This document shows positions 14,350 through 29,199 of a stretch of DNA of 64,000 nucleotides, piece by piece (position 1 is the stretch's first letter; the number at the start of each line of letters is the position of its first letter). This stretch comes from the human T2T-CHM13v2.0 reference genome, Homo sapiens. The stretch is taken from the NCBI GenBank assembly GCA_009914755.4, contig CP086569.2, forward strand, positions 23,808,001 through 23,872,000, given 5' to 3'. A program made the position numbers and the translations under genes. Under the pieces are notes generated by a model. It was not told the DNA's origin. It made no database searches and saw only the letters and a program-made list of their open reading frames with translations.

Positions 14350-15060
14350 TACTTCAGTTCACAGGCATGATGGTCTAAATTACACTGGGAATCAGCCAAA
14401 GGAGATATTTTGCCTTTTATCACTAGAACAAGGGAAATAGGTGAGGTTGTGGGTTGCATATTTGTACCAAACTCAAAGACCTTTACAACACTAACTCATA
14501 ATGTATAAATGTGTGGAGTACAGAGAGTTTCATGACAGGGAGTAGCAAAAATTCAGATTGGGACTCTCGATTACACAACCAAGTAAAAGCAAACGTTGTC
14601 ACTATTCCATATGTCCAAACCTCACTGTTAAGGTCTTGAGTCTAACAAGTGAATACAGTACAACATCAGAATTGTGACCTTCATATGTGGATCTGGCCAC
14701 GGGTGGGATGGTGACTCATTTCTGGATCCAGCTTACAGGCATAATAAACTGTCTCATCCCTGAACCCAAACTGCAGAAGAGATGTTGACTATTATACCTG
14801 AGTTTAGGGTAATATGTAAGATCATGAATCCATACAAACATGTAGGCCTCAGAGTGGTTTGCAACTCTCACGCATGCTGTATAAAGCCTTCAAATGTCAC
14901 AGAGTGTCAATCAACAGCCCAGGAAACACATGAAATTGTTATATTCATGTAGACAGTCAGTTCACAGTTAATGGTGTCACCCTCAAAGGCAACAAAATTT
15001 GGTATATTACTAGGCCATGTACCCACCTGTTGAGACATTTTGGCATAAATTCTTTCCCAC
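14350..15060. repeat. Module C copy. It is the second of a doubled pair.
   Basis: Carries the C-module landmarks ('ggcatgatggtctaaattacactgggaatcagccaaaggagatattttgcc...'). Confidence 0.8.
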
Positions 15061-15639
15061 AGGTGCACTGTGACGTATCACTGGGTTCATATCATTGTAA
15101 TGTGACTCTTCTGTCTGGACCCTGCCAACAGGGGATATTATCACATATCTCTGGACCTATAAGTAGGGGAATTTTTCTCTCCTGCATGTTCCCTGCCCCC
15201 AGAAGGCATTGGAAAATATTAACTTAACATCTGGGTCACGTGATTCTACTCTCCTGCCTGGGTGTGGCTCACCAAAGAAGTTGTGACATAGCACTGATTG
15301 CAAAATCTATGTGATGTGGCTTTCCTTCATATTCTAGACTCTTCCAAGCCAGCAGATTATTACAGTTTGCAAAGCCCAGCACTGAGGTAGAGTAGAGTGA
15401 CACTCCTCTTTTTCTTTTTTTCCTGGCAATAGTGTGCTTGGTGACATAATCTTTGAGGCTGTCACATCACCAAGATTATATTGTATCACTGGACCAGCAT
15501 AAAGCTGACACTTCTGACTATGCCCAGCCTTCAAATAATACTACACTGTATAATTGGCTCAACACCCAGGTAATGTGACTTTCCTTTCTTGTCCCTGCTC
15601 ACAGGCCAAGTTTTGACATATATCTGGGTTAAGCACACA

Positions 15640-16150
15640 TGCAGAATAATAACTCTCATACCTGGACCCAGCCAGTAGAGATAATTGACTCTCATAGGCA
15701 GTCTCACGACAATGGGTTATGTCCTGAGTTTTTCAACTGTATAAAGTTCACAAAGGATTATAACACTCGGGTATATCATATACAGCCTTAATTGTACAAT
15801 GAGTGTCATAAGAGAGGCCAGAAATGAAGTGAGAATGGGACTTTTAAATGCACACCCAGCTGACATGATTGTCATTCTCACACATGAACAGGGCGTAGGA
15901 ATGAGATACTAATCTCACACATAAAAAAACAGTCAAATGTTTAAATAATTACTCTTACACATAGATCTGATTCACAGGTGGTTTGGTAAAGTTTGAACCA
16001 TGATTCAGCACACCTGTGGTGTTGTGTCTTCCCTACTGGAACACAGTCTTCAAGGGGGATTGGGGCTCCTATACATGAATCTTGACCATTGTTGAGATTG
16101 TGACTCCTCTACTAAGATCTACCTCATAGAAAGAGTTGGCTCAGGTACAG
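15640..16150. repeat. Module B copy.
   Basis: 'aataataactctcatacctggacccagccagtagag...gattgtcattctcacacatgaacagggcgtagg...ctgattcacaggtggtttggtaaag...'. Confidence 0.8.
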
Positions 16151-17514
16151 GAAACTAGGTGTTGTGTGGCATGTGAAACTTATTTCCAAGCATATCTGAG
16201 AGTGTGATTTGGACAGGTAACCATGTCCAGCACATGAATAATCTGACTCTCTTTTCTAGGCCCAGAACTCGGATGAAATAGTGCCCTATGTTGAACAAGC
16301 ACCTAAGAAATATGTAATACCTTCTTTGGCCTTGTCTGCAAAGGGCACTTTCATATATCACTGGGACCATCACCCAGGTGATGTGAATTATCTGCCTAAA
16401 ACCTGCCTACAAGAGGAATTGTGTTTTATATCTACATCCACCATGAATTGAAGTGACTCCCTTCTACTGCCTTGGCCCTGCCCTTACAGTGCATTTTGAC
16501 ACATAAGCAGAAACTGTGTCCAGGAGATCATTGTCCTTTTTGCGTTCTGCCAACTGGAACATGGTAACATATCACTTAGCTCAGAATGTAGGTGATGTTT
16601 CCTCGCATTGTCCTCGCCCTGACCACAGGGAGATTGTGACATATTTCTGGGTCCAGCACCCTTGTGAGGTCACTCTCCAGCCTTGGTAATGCACATAAGA
16701 AGCATTGTGACAAATAGCTAGGCCAATTGCCCAAGTGAAGTGAGTGTCCTCTCTAGCAAAAATCCTGCCCAGAGAAGAGGTTTTGATATTTCACTGACAC
16801 CAGCATCCAGGTGATTTGACTCTTCTGCCAGGGTCCTGTCCACAAGGTAGACTGTGACTTCTCACTGAATCCACACCCATGTAGCTGATGAGATTTTCTT
16901 CTCTTCTCTCTGGCCACTGCCGATATTGTGCCTTATACAAGAGACCATAAATAAAAGCCTAATAACAACACATATATCTGGAGCCAGGACATGTGCAGCA
17001 TGGTGACTCTTAGTCTTAAAGCGATACACAAGTGTAACTGTGACATATACCTTTACCCAGCTCCTTAGTGATTTAATAATTCTGCATAGGTATAGCATCA
17101 AAATGAGATTTTGACAAATCCTTGGTATAAGCATCTTCATGATTTGACTGTGTTATCTTAATAATATCCACAGGCGTGACTGTAACGTATTTCTGGCCCA
17201 TCACATAGGTTACATGACTGTTCTCTCCCACCTGTACATGATTTTCTTTGGTAACTGTATCATTTCTAAACACTGTATCCAAATGATATGACTCTCTTGC
17301 CTGGGCCCTGTCAAGAGGAGGCATAGTGACATATTTTGGGTTCCATCATTTACCTGATATGGCAGCTCTCCTCTCCTGCTTGGACACTGCCAATAAGGGA
17401 CACTGTGCCACCAAGCTGGATCTAGCACACAATTTATGTGGCATTTCTACAGGATCCTGCCTACAAAGAGAATATTGGAATATTTCTGGCCAAGAATTTA
17501 GGTGATGTGATTGT

Positions 17515-18110
17515 TCTGCCTGCTTCATAACCACAGAGAGTAATATTTGTACACAGAGAGTTGCATATTTGTACAAAGTCCAAAGATTACAACACTAACT
17601 TATATTGTATAAACTCATTGGTGGTAAAAACTTTCATAACAGGGCCCAGTAGAAAGTTCAGATTTGGAGTACTGATTATACACCCCAGTAAAATTAAAAG
17701 TTGTCACCATCCTACATATACAATGCCCACTGTGGAATACGGCACAAAGTTGCAATTGTGAATTTATATGTGGATCTGTCTGGAGGTGGGATAATAATGG
17801 GTCTTCTCCTTTAACCCTACATATAAAAGAGATGCTGACTATCAAATCTGAATTGAGGGCAATGTGTAAAATTGTGAACCCATATGAGCATGCAGGTCGC
17901 TGAGAGGTTTACAACTCTCATGCAGGTTTTATAAAGCCCTCGGATGTAAAGAGTGTCATACATTGGCCCAGCATACATGTGAGATTGTGATTCTAATATT
18001 CAACCTTAGCTGAAAGTTAAAGGTGTCACCCTAAAAGATGAGGAGAGTGTGTCTTATCACTAGGCCTGGTAACCAAGTGTTGAGAATTAGGGCTTAAATT
18101 TTGCCCATAG
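17515..18110. repeat. Partial module C, fused directly to the first ~20 bp of a module A.
   Basis: The A-start sequence 'tgcttcataaccacagagag' is followed immediately by C-internal sequence 'ttgcatatttgtacaaagtccaaagattacaacactaac...'. Confidence 0.7.
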
Positions 18111-18689
18111 GTGCATTGTGAATTATCACTGGGTCAGAATCCTAATAATGTGAAACTTCTTCTTGGACCCAGCCAACAGGGGATATTATCACGTATCTCT
18201 GGGCCTATCAGCTAGGTGATGTGGTGTCTCTCATGCCAGTGCCCTGCCACAGTGGACACTGGGACATATCACTATAGTATCTAGGTAATGTGACTCTCCA
18301 CTCCTGCCTGGATTCTGGCCACTGAAGAAATTTTGACATACCACTGAGTGCAAAACCTAGGTGATGTGACTCTCTTCTTTGTCTTGGACTCTGCCAGTGA
18401 GCTTTGTCTTGAACTCTGCTAATGAGGAAATAATAAAATATTGCTGAGCCCATCACCTAGGGGCGTGACAATCCTCTATTTTTCAATCCAGGGTTTAGTG
18501 GTCATGATAATATTATCTGAGACTGTATCCAGGTGATATGACTGTTCTGACTGGGTCCTGACTAAAAAGGAAATTATAACGTATCCCTTGCTCAGCAACC
18601 AGATAATGTAACTCTTCTCTCTTGTCTCTGTCCAAAGGTGAAATTGTGATGTATACCTGGATTCAGCTCATATAATAACTGGATTCAGC

Positions 18690-19210
18690 ACAATAATAAC
18701 TCTCATACCTAGACCTAGCCAGTGGGAGATATTTGACTTTCACAGGCAGTCTTAAGGCCATGGGTAAAGTCCTAGATCTCCCACCTGTAATAATTTACGG
18801 GAAATTATACTACTCAGGCATATCATATAAAGCCTGAATGTTACAAAGAGTTTCATAACAGGTACCTGCAACCAGGTTCCATTGTGACTCTTGGATGCAT
18901 AGACAACTGACATGATTTTCATCTTCACACATGTACAGAGCCTACAAATGAGGTAGTAAATCTCACACACATAAGCAGTTGAAGCTTGAAATTGTTACTC
19001 TCATACACGAATCTGATCCATAGGTGATTTGGTGATGTTTGAACTATGATTTAGTCAAACTGTGGTACTTTGACTTTCCTACTGGAACACAATCTTCAAG
19101 TGGGATTGAGACTCTTCTATGTGGATCTTTCCTATTTTTGAGATTGTGACACCTGTACTTCAACCCAACTTATAGGAGGTGTTGACTCTCATACCCAAAT
19201 CCAGGACTTG
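18690..19210. repeat. Module B copy.
   Basis: Carries the B-module landmarks. Confidence 0.8.
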
Positions 19211-20599
19211 TGTGGGACTGTGAAACTTATTTCTGAACATTTTTGAGTGTGTAACTGAGAAGTATAACTTTGCACAGAATCTGAGTGTTTTGACTCTCCT
19301 TTCTAGGCCCAGAGCACAGTTGAAATTGTGACTTACATGCACCAAGCACCTAAGCAATAAGTAACATCTTTTTTGGTAATGAAACATAGGGCACTTTTAC
19401 ATATCACTGAGATCAGCACTTGGCTGATGTGAAATCTTGGCCTGAGGCCTGCCTACAGAGAGCACTGTGGTTTTTATATAAGTTGATTACTTAAGTGACA
19501 TGACTTCCTTCTACTGTCTTGGCCCTGCACTTCTGGTGGTGGATTGTGACACGTAACTAGGTACTGCACCCAGGTGATGTGACTTTTTTGGAGAATGAAG
19601 TTTCTGCCAGTAGGAAGCTTTGTAACGTATTACTTGGCTCAGCGACTAGGTGATATTTCTTTTCTCTTGCCTGTGCCCTGACCGCCAGAGAGATTGTGAC
19701 ATGTTGCTGAACCTAGCACCAAAGCGAGGGTTACTCCCCTGCCTTGATCCTACACATAGGGGCCATTGTGACGTATATTCAGGCCAATTGCCTAAGTGAA
19801 GTTTGTCTTCTCTCCTGCCTAAGTTCTGCTCACAGGGGGGATCTTATATGTCACTGAAACCAGCATCCGGATGATGTGACTCTTCTATCAGAGTCCTAGC
19901 CACAAGGACAATTGAGACATTTCACTGGACCAGCATCCACTAAGGTGATGGAACTTTCCTTTTTCTCTCTGCCCACAGGTGATATTGTTCCATTTACCTG
20001 AGACCAGATAAAAAGCCTAATGATGACGCTTGTCCCCAGAGCCAGGACACGTGCAGGACAGGATCATTACTCTCATCCCTGCCCCAGATTTTCACAGGTA
20101 CTATTGTGACATACACCTTTACCCAGCTCCTGAGTGATTTAATAATCCTGCCTTGTTATAGCCCGCAGATGACATTTGGACCTACACCTTTCCCAGGAAC
20201 CTTTGTGATTTTACTCTTGTGTCCTAACAGGTTCTCGGAAGTGATCATAACATATCTCTGGAGCCATTGTCTAGGTTACATGACTCTCCTCTTCTGCATG
20301 AACCCTGCTTCCAGTGAAGAGTAGCATTTCTAAGCACTGCACCCAAATGACATGAGTCTCTTGTCTGGGCTTTTTAAAGGGGGGGCTTTGTGATATCTCT
20401 CTGGGCCCTTCATTTAGGTGATATGACTCTCCTCTACTGCCTGGACACACTCCACAAAGGGCATTATGCCATAGAGCTGAGTCTAGCACCTAAGTTTTGT
20501 CATATTTCTGTTAGGGCCCTCTCTACAAAATAAAGTTGGGGTATTTCTGGCTTAGGATTTAGGTGATGTCGTTTTCTGCCTGTTTAATTACCACAGATG

Positions 20600-20970
20600 A
20601 GATGGCGCCGTATCTGTAGACACATCTAAAATACATGATAAGGACTCTCATATGTGAACCCAGCCAATAGGAAACATTTTGACTCTTATAACTAGGCTTA
20701 GGGAGATAAGTGATATCCAGCATCTCCTTCTGGTAAAAAGGTCACAGAAGATTACAACATTCACACATATTTTATAACATCCTTGTGTCGTATAGAGAGA
20801 GTCATAACAGGGCCTAGCACATGGAGAAAATTGGGATTCTCATATGTACATTCAGCTGACAGTAACGGCTTTCACCATTACAGATGATGAAGGCAATTGT
20901 CCCACATAAAAATAGAACACGCCTGATATTGTAAATCTAATCCCTAGAATTTTATTCCATCATGACTGAT
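20600..20970. repeat. Module A, subtype A1, copy.
   Basis: A1-type sequence ('tggtaaaaaggtcacagaagattacaacattcacacatattttataacatccttgtgtcgtatagag'). It lies 10,000 bp downstream of the previous A1. Confidence 0.8.
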
Positions 20971-22259
20971 ATAAATCTTTGCCAAGTGCCTGTGTGAGTT
21001 CACCCTTCAGATTGGTTCCAGCCTACCTATGGGATTTTGGTATCTACCTAAGCCAACCTTGAAGTGACGTGACTCTTTTGCCTGGGCCCTCCACTCAGAA
21101 TTATAACATCATTGGATCCAGCACACAGGTGACGTTACATTCTTGCTTGCGCCATGCTCGCAGATATCATTGTGACATATTGCAGTGTCCATCAGTTAGA
21201 AGATGTCACTCTCCTCTCTGGAAAGGGCCTTGAACACTGGGCAAAATAGTGACCTGTTTCTAGGCCAGGCACACAGGTGATGATGCTCTTTTCCCAGGGC
21301 TATGCCCAAAAAAGGGCATTTGACATATCACAGGACCTATCGTGTAGGTGATACGGCTCTTCTGCTTGAAACTTGCCCAATTGAATAGTGACATACTGCT
21401 AGGCCAGGCACAATGGTGATGGAACTCTTTTGCCAGGGCCATGCTTTCAAAAATGCCTTGTCATATATACCTGGTCCTATCACCAAGGTGATGTGACTTC
21501 CTGCTTGGTCCTGCCCACATGAAGTATTGAGACATAAGCGTGGAATCTGCACCTAGGTGACATAACTCTCTTGCCTGGGTCCTTTTCTAAGAGGGACTTG
21601 TGAATACCTCAGTACCCAGGACCACATGATGTGGCTCTTCAACCTGGTTTTCACCCACATATTAAATTGTGACATATAGCTAAAGAAGCATCTAGGTAAT
21701 ATGACTCTTCTTCTGTCTGAACCCAGCCTACTGGTGATATTGGGCCATATTTCTAAGCCTGTGACCTAAGTGATGTGACTCTATTTTTGTCTAGGGCTTT
21801 ACAATGGTAAGATTATGAGATATTGATGAGCTCAGCATTTAGGTAATGTGACTCTCATCTTGTAACTGAACAACGCCCAGGAACAGATCTTTTGCCGTAT
21901 TTCAGGGCCCAGTACCCAGATGAAGCTGCTCTTCTGCCTAGGTTGTGCATAAAGAGAAAATTGTGGCATATTTCTTGGCCTAGAACCCTAATGATGTGAC
22001 TCTCCTGCTTGTGCCAGGACCGCAGAAGGTATTTCGACATATCTTTGGCCCATTTTCTAGGTGTTTTCACTCTTACCACTTTGCTGAATTTCTTCCACGT
22101 GTGGTTGTATTATATTGCTGACTCCAGCCTGCAGTTAATGTGGCCCTCTTTCCTAGGTGCTGCTTACAGAGGGCATCATGACATATTGCTTGACAAAGAA
22201 CCTAAGTGATGTTAATATTCTGCATAGGTTGCTAAAAAATGGGAATGTGAGAAATACCT

Positions 22260-22990
22260 TGCTTCAGTCCAAAGGTATGATGATCAAGCTTATGTTGGGA
22301 TTCAGCCAATAGGAGAGATTTTTCCTCTCACCACCAGGTTTAGGTCAAAGAGTCAGGTTACTCATTGCACATTTCTACAAAGCTCACAGTAGTTTACAAC
22401 ACTAACTCATGTAATAAAAATTTCCTGGGTGATACAAAGGGTTTCTTAACAGTGCCCAGCAAACAGTTAAGATTATGATTCTTGACTGCACACTCAGATG
22501 AAAGTAAGTTTTTACCATCCTACATCTACAAAGCCCATTGTTGAGATCCTGAGTCTAAGCAAATACACCACAAAGATGGAGTTGTGACTTTCATAAATGA
22601 ATATGGCCGCAGGTGGGATGGTGACTCATTTTTGGAGCCAACTCTCAGTCATAATAATGATCTCATCCCTAACACCAGTCTATAGGAGAGATGCTGACTG
22701 TCATACCTGGGTTTAGGGCAATATGCATAATCATAATTCTGTAAATGCCTGTAGGCCTCAGAGAGGATTGCAACTCTCATGCATGTTGCATAACGTTCTC
22801 AGGTATTATAGAGAGTGTCATACAATGGCAAGCACACACATGAGATTGTGACTCTCTTATACACAGATAGCTAACATTTAATGGTGTCACCCTTAAAGAT
22901 GAGGAGATTTTGTCATATATCTTGCCCTACTAGCTGGTGTTGAGAACTTTTAGTTTAAATTTCATTCCATTAGGGCATTGTTACATATCA
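22260..22990. repeat. Module C copy. It is the first of a doubled pair.
   Basis: Carries the C-module landmarks. Confidence 0.8.
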
Positions 22991-24049
22991 CTGGGTCAGA
23001 ATCAAAATAATGTGACTCTTCTTCCAGGGCCCTGCAAACAGAGGATATTTTCCCATATCTCCAGGCCTATTGGCTATGTAATATGTCTCTCCTGCCAGTA
23101 CTTTGCCCAGAGGAGACACTGACATATTGCTGGATTTAGAATCTAGGAAATTTGACCCATCTTTACTGCCTGGATCCTCCTCACTGAAAAAATTGTCATA
23201 TACCATTGAGTGCAGAGCCTAGGTGACAGAAGTCCCCTTTTTTTCCTGGACTCTGTCAAGAGAGGGAATTGTTACATATTGGTGAGCAGAGCACCCACGT
23301 GGTGTCATTATCTAATTTTATAAGAAACCTATCTATGCTGGGGATGGTGACATATTACTTGCAGTTGTACCCAGGTGATGTGGCTCTTCTGCCTGGTTTC
23401 TGCCCGTGGGTAAGGTTTTTGGCATATAACTAGGGAAACATTTAGGTGATATGAGTCTCCCTTTCTGCCTGGGCCCTGTTCACTGGGTACACTGGACTAT
23501 ATCTCTGAGCCCATGAACTAAGGGAAGTGACTCTCTTTTTCTGCTGGGTCTTTACAATGGAGAGATTGTGAAATATTGCTCAACCTAGCAATCAGGTTAT
23601 TTGATTCACCTTTTTTTTTTTTAATCTCAAATCATGCCCACTAACAGAAATTTTGGCCTATTGCAGGGCCCAGCACCCAGATAATGTTACGCCTTTACGT
23701 GGGTCCTGTATGTAGAGAATATTATAACATACTGCTGGGCCCAGCATCCTGAAAATATAAAACTCATGACTTTGCTGGAGGCAGAGAAGGTATTTTCACA
23801 GATCCTGGGCCCATTATGTAGGTGTTTTGGCTCTTATCTTTTTGCTGTTTTTTTTTTTTTTTTTTTCACTTTTGTTTTTGTTTGTTTCCACATAATGGAT
23901 TGTTTCATATTGCTGAGTCCAGAACTCAGTTAACATGACTCTAATTCCTCTATGTTACCTAGAGAGGGCACTGTGGCATGTTGCTTGGCACAACACCTAA
24001 GTGATGTTACCCTCGGGCCTACTTTTTTTGCTCACAAATGGGACTATGA

Positions 24050-24780
24050 CTTCAGTTCACAGGCATGATGGTCAAATTTATACTGAGATTCAGCCAATAG
24101 GAGATATTTTACCTTTCATTGCTAGGCTTTGGGCAATACATAAAGTCTGGGTTGCATATTTGTACCAAGCTCACAGAGCTTTACAACACTAACTCATAAT
24201 GTATGAACTTCTTTGTTGGTATAGAGAGTTTGGTGATAGGGACCAGTGAAGAGTTCAGTTTGAGATTCTTGATTACACACCCAGGTAAAAGCAAGTGCTG
24301 TCATCATTCTACATGTCCAAAGGCCATTGTTAAGAACCTGAGTTTTACAAATGAATGCAGTGCAAAGTTGGAATTGTGACTTTCGTATGTGGATCTGGCC
24401 ACAGGTGGGATTGTGACTTATTTCTAGATCCAGCTCACAGGCATAAAAATGAGTCTCATTTCTAACCCAGCCTATAGAGGAGATGCTGACTATTATACCT
24501 GGGTTTAGGGGAATATGTAAGGTCATGAATCCATGTGAATATGTAGGCCTTAGAGTGGTTTGAAACTCTCATGCGTGATGTATAAAGCTTTTGAAAATTG
24601 TTGAGAGTCATGCAACGGCCCAGGATACTAGTGAAATTGTTACTCTCATATACACACCCAGCTCAGAGTTTATAATGTCACTCTCAAAGACAAGGGGATT
24701 TGGCCTATTAATAGGCATAGTGCTTAGGTGTTGAGACTATTTGGCTTAAATTCCTTTCCTTGGGTGGATTGTAACATATC
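24050..24780. repeat. Module C copy. It is the second of a doubled pair.
   Basis: Carries the C-module landmarks. Confidence 0.8.
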
Positions 24781-25299
24781 ACTGTGTTAGAATCATAATG
24801 TGTCTCTTCTGTCTGGACCCTGCCAAAAGGGGATATTATCACATATCTATGGGTCTATAAGCTAGAGGATTTGTCTCTTCTGACAGTGTCCTGCACCCAG
24901 AAGACATTGTGAAATATTGTTTGGCTTAACATCTAGGTAATGTGACTCTCACCTCCTGCCTGAGCCTTGCTCAGCAAACAAATTGTGACATACCGCTGAT
25001 TGAAAAACCTACATGATGTGACTCTCCTTCATATTCTAGACTCTACCAAGAGAGAGGGTTGTTACATATTGCGGAGTCCAGCACATAGGTGGACTGACTG
25101 TCCTCTCTTTTTTCTTCCCTGTCCATAGTGGGCTTGCTGACATATTATGTGAAACTGTACCCGGGTGAAGTGACTCTTCTGACTAGGCCCAGCATACAAA
25201 TGAGATTATGCTGTATCACTGGCTCAGTGTCGAGGTGAGTTGACTCCCTTTCCTTGTCTCTGCTTACAGGTGAAATTTTGACACGTACCTGGGTTAAGC

Positions 25300-25820
25300 A
25301 CGCATGGACAAAAATAACTCTCATACCTGGGCCCAGCCTGTAGGAATATTTTGACTCTCATAGCCAGTCTCACGGCCATGGGTAAAGCCCTGTGTTTTTC
25401 ACTTGTATAAAAGTCACGAAGGATTATAATACTCAGGTATATCATATAAAGCATTAATGGTGCAAAGAGTGTCATAACAGAGACCAGCAACCAGGTAAGA
25501 ATATGACTCTTGTATGCACACTTCACTGAAATGATTGTCATTCTCGCATATTAACAGGGTCTAGGAATGAGGGACTAAATCTCACACATAAAAAGCAGTC
25601 GATGTTTGAAATAATTACTCACCTACATGGACCTGATCCACAGGTGGTTTGTTAACATTTGAACCAGGATTCAGCACACCTGTGGTGCCGTGACTCCCCT
25701 CCTGGACCACAATGTTCAAGGGGGATTGCGGCTCTTATACATGAATCTTGCCCATTGTTGAGATTTTGACTCCTCCATTTTGATCCAACTTACAGAAAGA
25801 ATTGACTCACATACACAAAA
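25300..25820. repeat. Module B copy.
   Basis: Carries the B-module landmarks. Confidence 0.8.
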
Positions 25821-27199
25821 CCAGGACTTGTGTGGGATGTGAAACTTATTTCCGAACATATATGAGAGTGTCATATTGGGATAGGTCACTTTGTCCAGCA
25901 AATGAATAATTTGACTCATTTTCTAGGCCCAGATCACAGAAGTAATTGTGCCATATGTGGAACAAGCAGCTAAGCAATAGATAACATCCATCGTGGCTCT
26001 GCCTTCAAAGGGAAATTTTACATATGTCACTGGGACCATCACCCAGATGATGTGAGTTATCTGCCTGAAACCTTTCTACAAAAGGAATTTTGTTATATAT
26101 CTAGGTCCATCCTGTAAGTGATGTGACTCTCTTCTACTTCCTTGGCCATGCACTTACAGGGCATTGTGACAAAGAACTGGGTACTGCATTCAAGTGATGT
26201 GATTCTTCTTTTTGGGTTCTGCCAACAGGAAGCATTGAACATATCACTTGGCTCAGTACCTAGGTGATGTTTCTTCACTTTCGCCTTGGCCCAGACCACA
26301 GGCAGATTGTGACATATTTCCTGGGACAAACACCTATGTGAGGCCACTCTACAGTTTGGTTACTGCATGGAATAGACATTGTGGCAAACATCTAGGCCAA
26401 CTGCCTTTGTGAAGTGAGTCTCCTCTCTTGCCAAAGCCCTGCCCAGAAGAGAGGCTTTTGATATGTCACTGAAATCCAGGTGCTGTGGCTCTTCCACCAG
26501 GTTCCTACCCACAAGGTGAATAGTGATGTCTTAGTGGCCCAGACCCACATAGGTGATGGGACTTTCTTGTGTTCTCTCTGGCCACAGGTGATATTCTGCC
26601 ATGTACCAGAGACCAAAACAAAAGCCTAGTAACAACTCATATGACTAGAGCATACGACTTGTGCAGGATGGTGACTCTTAGACTTAAGCCTTTCCACAAG
26701 TCTGATTGTGACATATACCTTTGCTCAACTCCTGAGTGATTTAATAATTCTGCCTAGGTATAGCAAATGAGATTTTGACAGATACATTGGTCAAGCACCT
26801 TGGTGATCTGGCTGATGTATCTTGAAATGTCCTCAGGGGCTCTTGTAACATATTTCTGTGCCCTTCATCTAGGTTACGTGACTCTTCTCTCCTGCCTGTA
26901 CCCTGCTTCTTTGGTGGATTGTAGTATTTATAATCCCTGCATCCAAATGATATGACACTCTTGCCTGGGACCTGTCAACAGGAAGAATTGTGACAAAATT
27001 TTGGGCCCATCATTTAGGTGATATTACTCTCCTCTCCTGCCTAGACACTGTCCACAAGGGATATTGAGCCATAGAGCTGGACATAGCACATAAGTTATGT
27101 GATATTTCTGAGAGGGCTCTGACTACAAAAAGAATATTGGAATATTTCTGACCCAGCATTTATGTGATATGGCTGTCAGGCCTCCTTCTTAACCACAGA

Positions 27200-27570
27200 G
27201 TGAATTGTAACATATACCTATGCATGGCTCACAGCCATGATAATGACTCTCATGTGTGGACTCAGCCAATAGAGGATATTTTGCATCTTATAACTCAGTT
27301 TAGGGACATGCATGATGTCCTGGATCTCCTTCTTGTACAAAGGTCACAAAATATTACAACACTCATACATATTTTACAAAGTCTTTGGGTCATACACACA
27401 AAGTCAAAGCAGGGCTCAGCACACAGATGAAATCATGAGTCTTGTTTGCACACCCAGCTGAAAGTAAGAACTCATTATCTCACATGGATAAAGGTAACTG
27501 TCACACATGAAACAGGGCATGTGTGGTAAGATGGTAAATCTCATCTTTGGAATTTTCTGACAGTGTGAGT
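27200..27570. repeat. Module A, subtype A2, copy.
   Basis: A2-specific sequence 'catgatgtcctggatctccttcttgtacaaaggtcacaaaatattacaacactcatacatattttacaaagtc'. Confidence 0.8.
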
Positions 27571-28309
27571 ATGATATAAATTTTTGCTAAGCACTTGTGT
27601 AATCTGAGGCTCCGGACTTGTTCCAGCTCATAGGTGGGGTTATGAAATCTACCTAGGCCAACCTCGAGGTGACATGACTTTCCTGCCTTGTCCTATCTCT
27701 CAGTAATGATTGTGACATATCACTGGACCTAGCTCCCAGGTAACGTTACATCCTTACTTGCACCCTGCCCACCAAAATTATTGTGACATATTTCTGTGTT
27801 TACCTCATAGTTGATGTGAGTCTCCTCTCTGGAATGGGCACTGCACAACAGAATGATAGTGACATAGCGCAAGGACCGGCGCACAGGCAAGGTTCCTCCT
27901 TATCCTGTGGATGCCTGGAGGAGGGCAATGTGACATATCTCTGGGTCTATCACCTACATTATGTGGCTCTCCTGCTAGGGTCCTTCCAACCTCGAAAGTG
28001 ACACGCTTCTAGGCCAGGCACACAGGTGATGGTACCCTTTTCCAGGGCTATGCTTCACACAGTACATTGTGACATATCTCTGGGCCTATCACCTAAATGA
28101 AGTGACTCTCTCCCTGGGTCCTAACCAGATGAAGCATTGTGTCATAAGCAGAGACCCTTCACCTAGTATGATGTATTTCTCTTGGCTAGGTGCTGTGTTA
28201 AGAGCACTTTGTGACATATCACAGGACCCAGCACCCAAGTGATGTGGCTCTTCTGCATAGTTTCTGCCCCCATGTTAAATTGTGACATATTTTGATGGAA
28301 GCACATAGG

Positions 28310-28778
28310 TGATATGGCTGTCCTCATCTGCCTGAGCTCTGCCTCGTTGGAGTATTAGGACATATCTCTGAGCCCATGACCTAAGTGATGTGACTCTCTT
28401 TTCCTTCCTGGGCCTTCATAAAAGGAGGATTTTGTCACATTGCTGAGCCCAGGACTCAGGATATGTGACTCTCGGCTGTCCTCACCTGCCTGAGCTCTGC
28501 CTAGTTGGAGTATTAGGACATGTCTCTGAGCCCATGACCTAAGTGATGTGACTCTTTTTCTTCCTGGGCCTTCATAAAAGGAGGATTTTGTCACATTGCT
28601 GAGCCCAGGACTCAGGATATGTGACTCTCGGCTGTCCTCACCTGCCTGAGCTCTGCCTAGTTGGAATATTAGGACATGTCTCTGAGCCCATGACCTAAGT
28701 GATGTGACTCTGTTTTTCTTCCTGGGCCTTCATAAAAGGAGGATTTTGTTACATTGCTGAGCCCAGGACTCAGGATCT
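28310..28778. repeat. Local threefold tandem duplication of a 156 bp unit (two satellite monomers).
   Basis: Three near-identical copies start at about 28,310, 28,466 and 28,622 ('gtcctca(t/c)ctgcctgagctctgcct(c/a)gttgga(g/a)tattaggacat(a/g)tctctgagcccatgacctaagtgatgtgactct...ccttcataaaaggaggattttgt(c/t)acattgctgagcccaggactcaggat'). They are far more similar to each other than neighbouring monomers usually are. Confidence 0.85.
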
Positions 28779-29199
28779 GTTTCTCTTCTCTTTCTCCTGA
28801 ACCATGCCTACAAAAAAGAAATTTGACACATATTATTGCCCAGCATGCAGATCATGTTACTCTTCTGCATGGGATCTGCATAAAGAGATAATTATGGCAT
28901 ATTGTATATTGCTGGGCCCAGCACCCTTAAGATGTGATGCTCCTGCCTGTGCTGCTGATACCGAAAGTATTTTGACATATATTATGCCCATTATGTAGGT
29001 GTTTTGGCTCTCATAACTGGGCTGGGTTTCTTACACATGTGAAATTGTGTCGTATTTCTGGGTCCAGCACCCAGTTAACGTGACCCAATTTCCTACACCC
29101 TGCATACAGAAGGCATTGTGACATATTGCTGGGCACAGCATCTGAGTGATGTTACCCTTCTGCGTAGTGTTTTGCCCACATATGTCATTATAACATATA

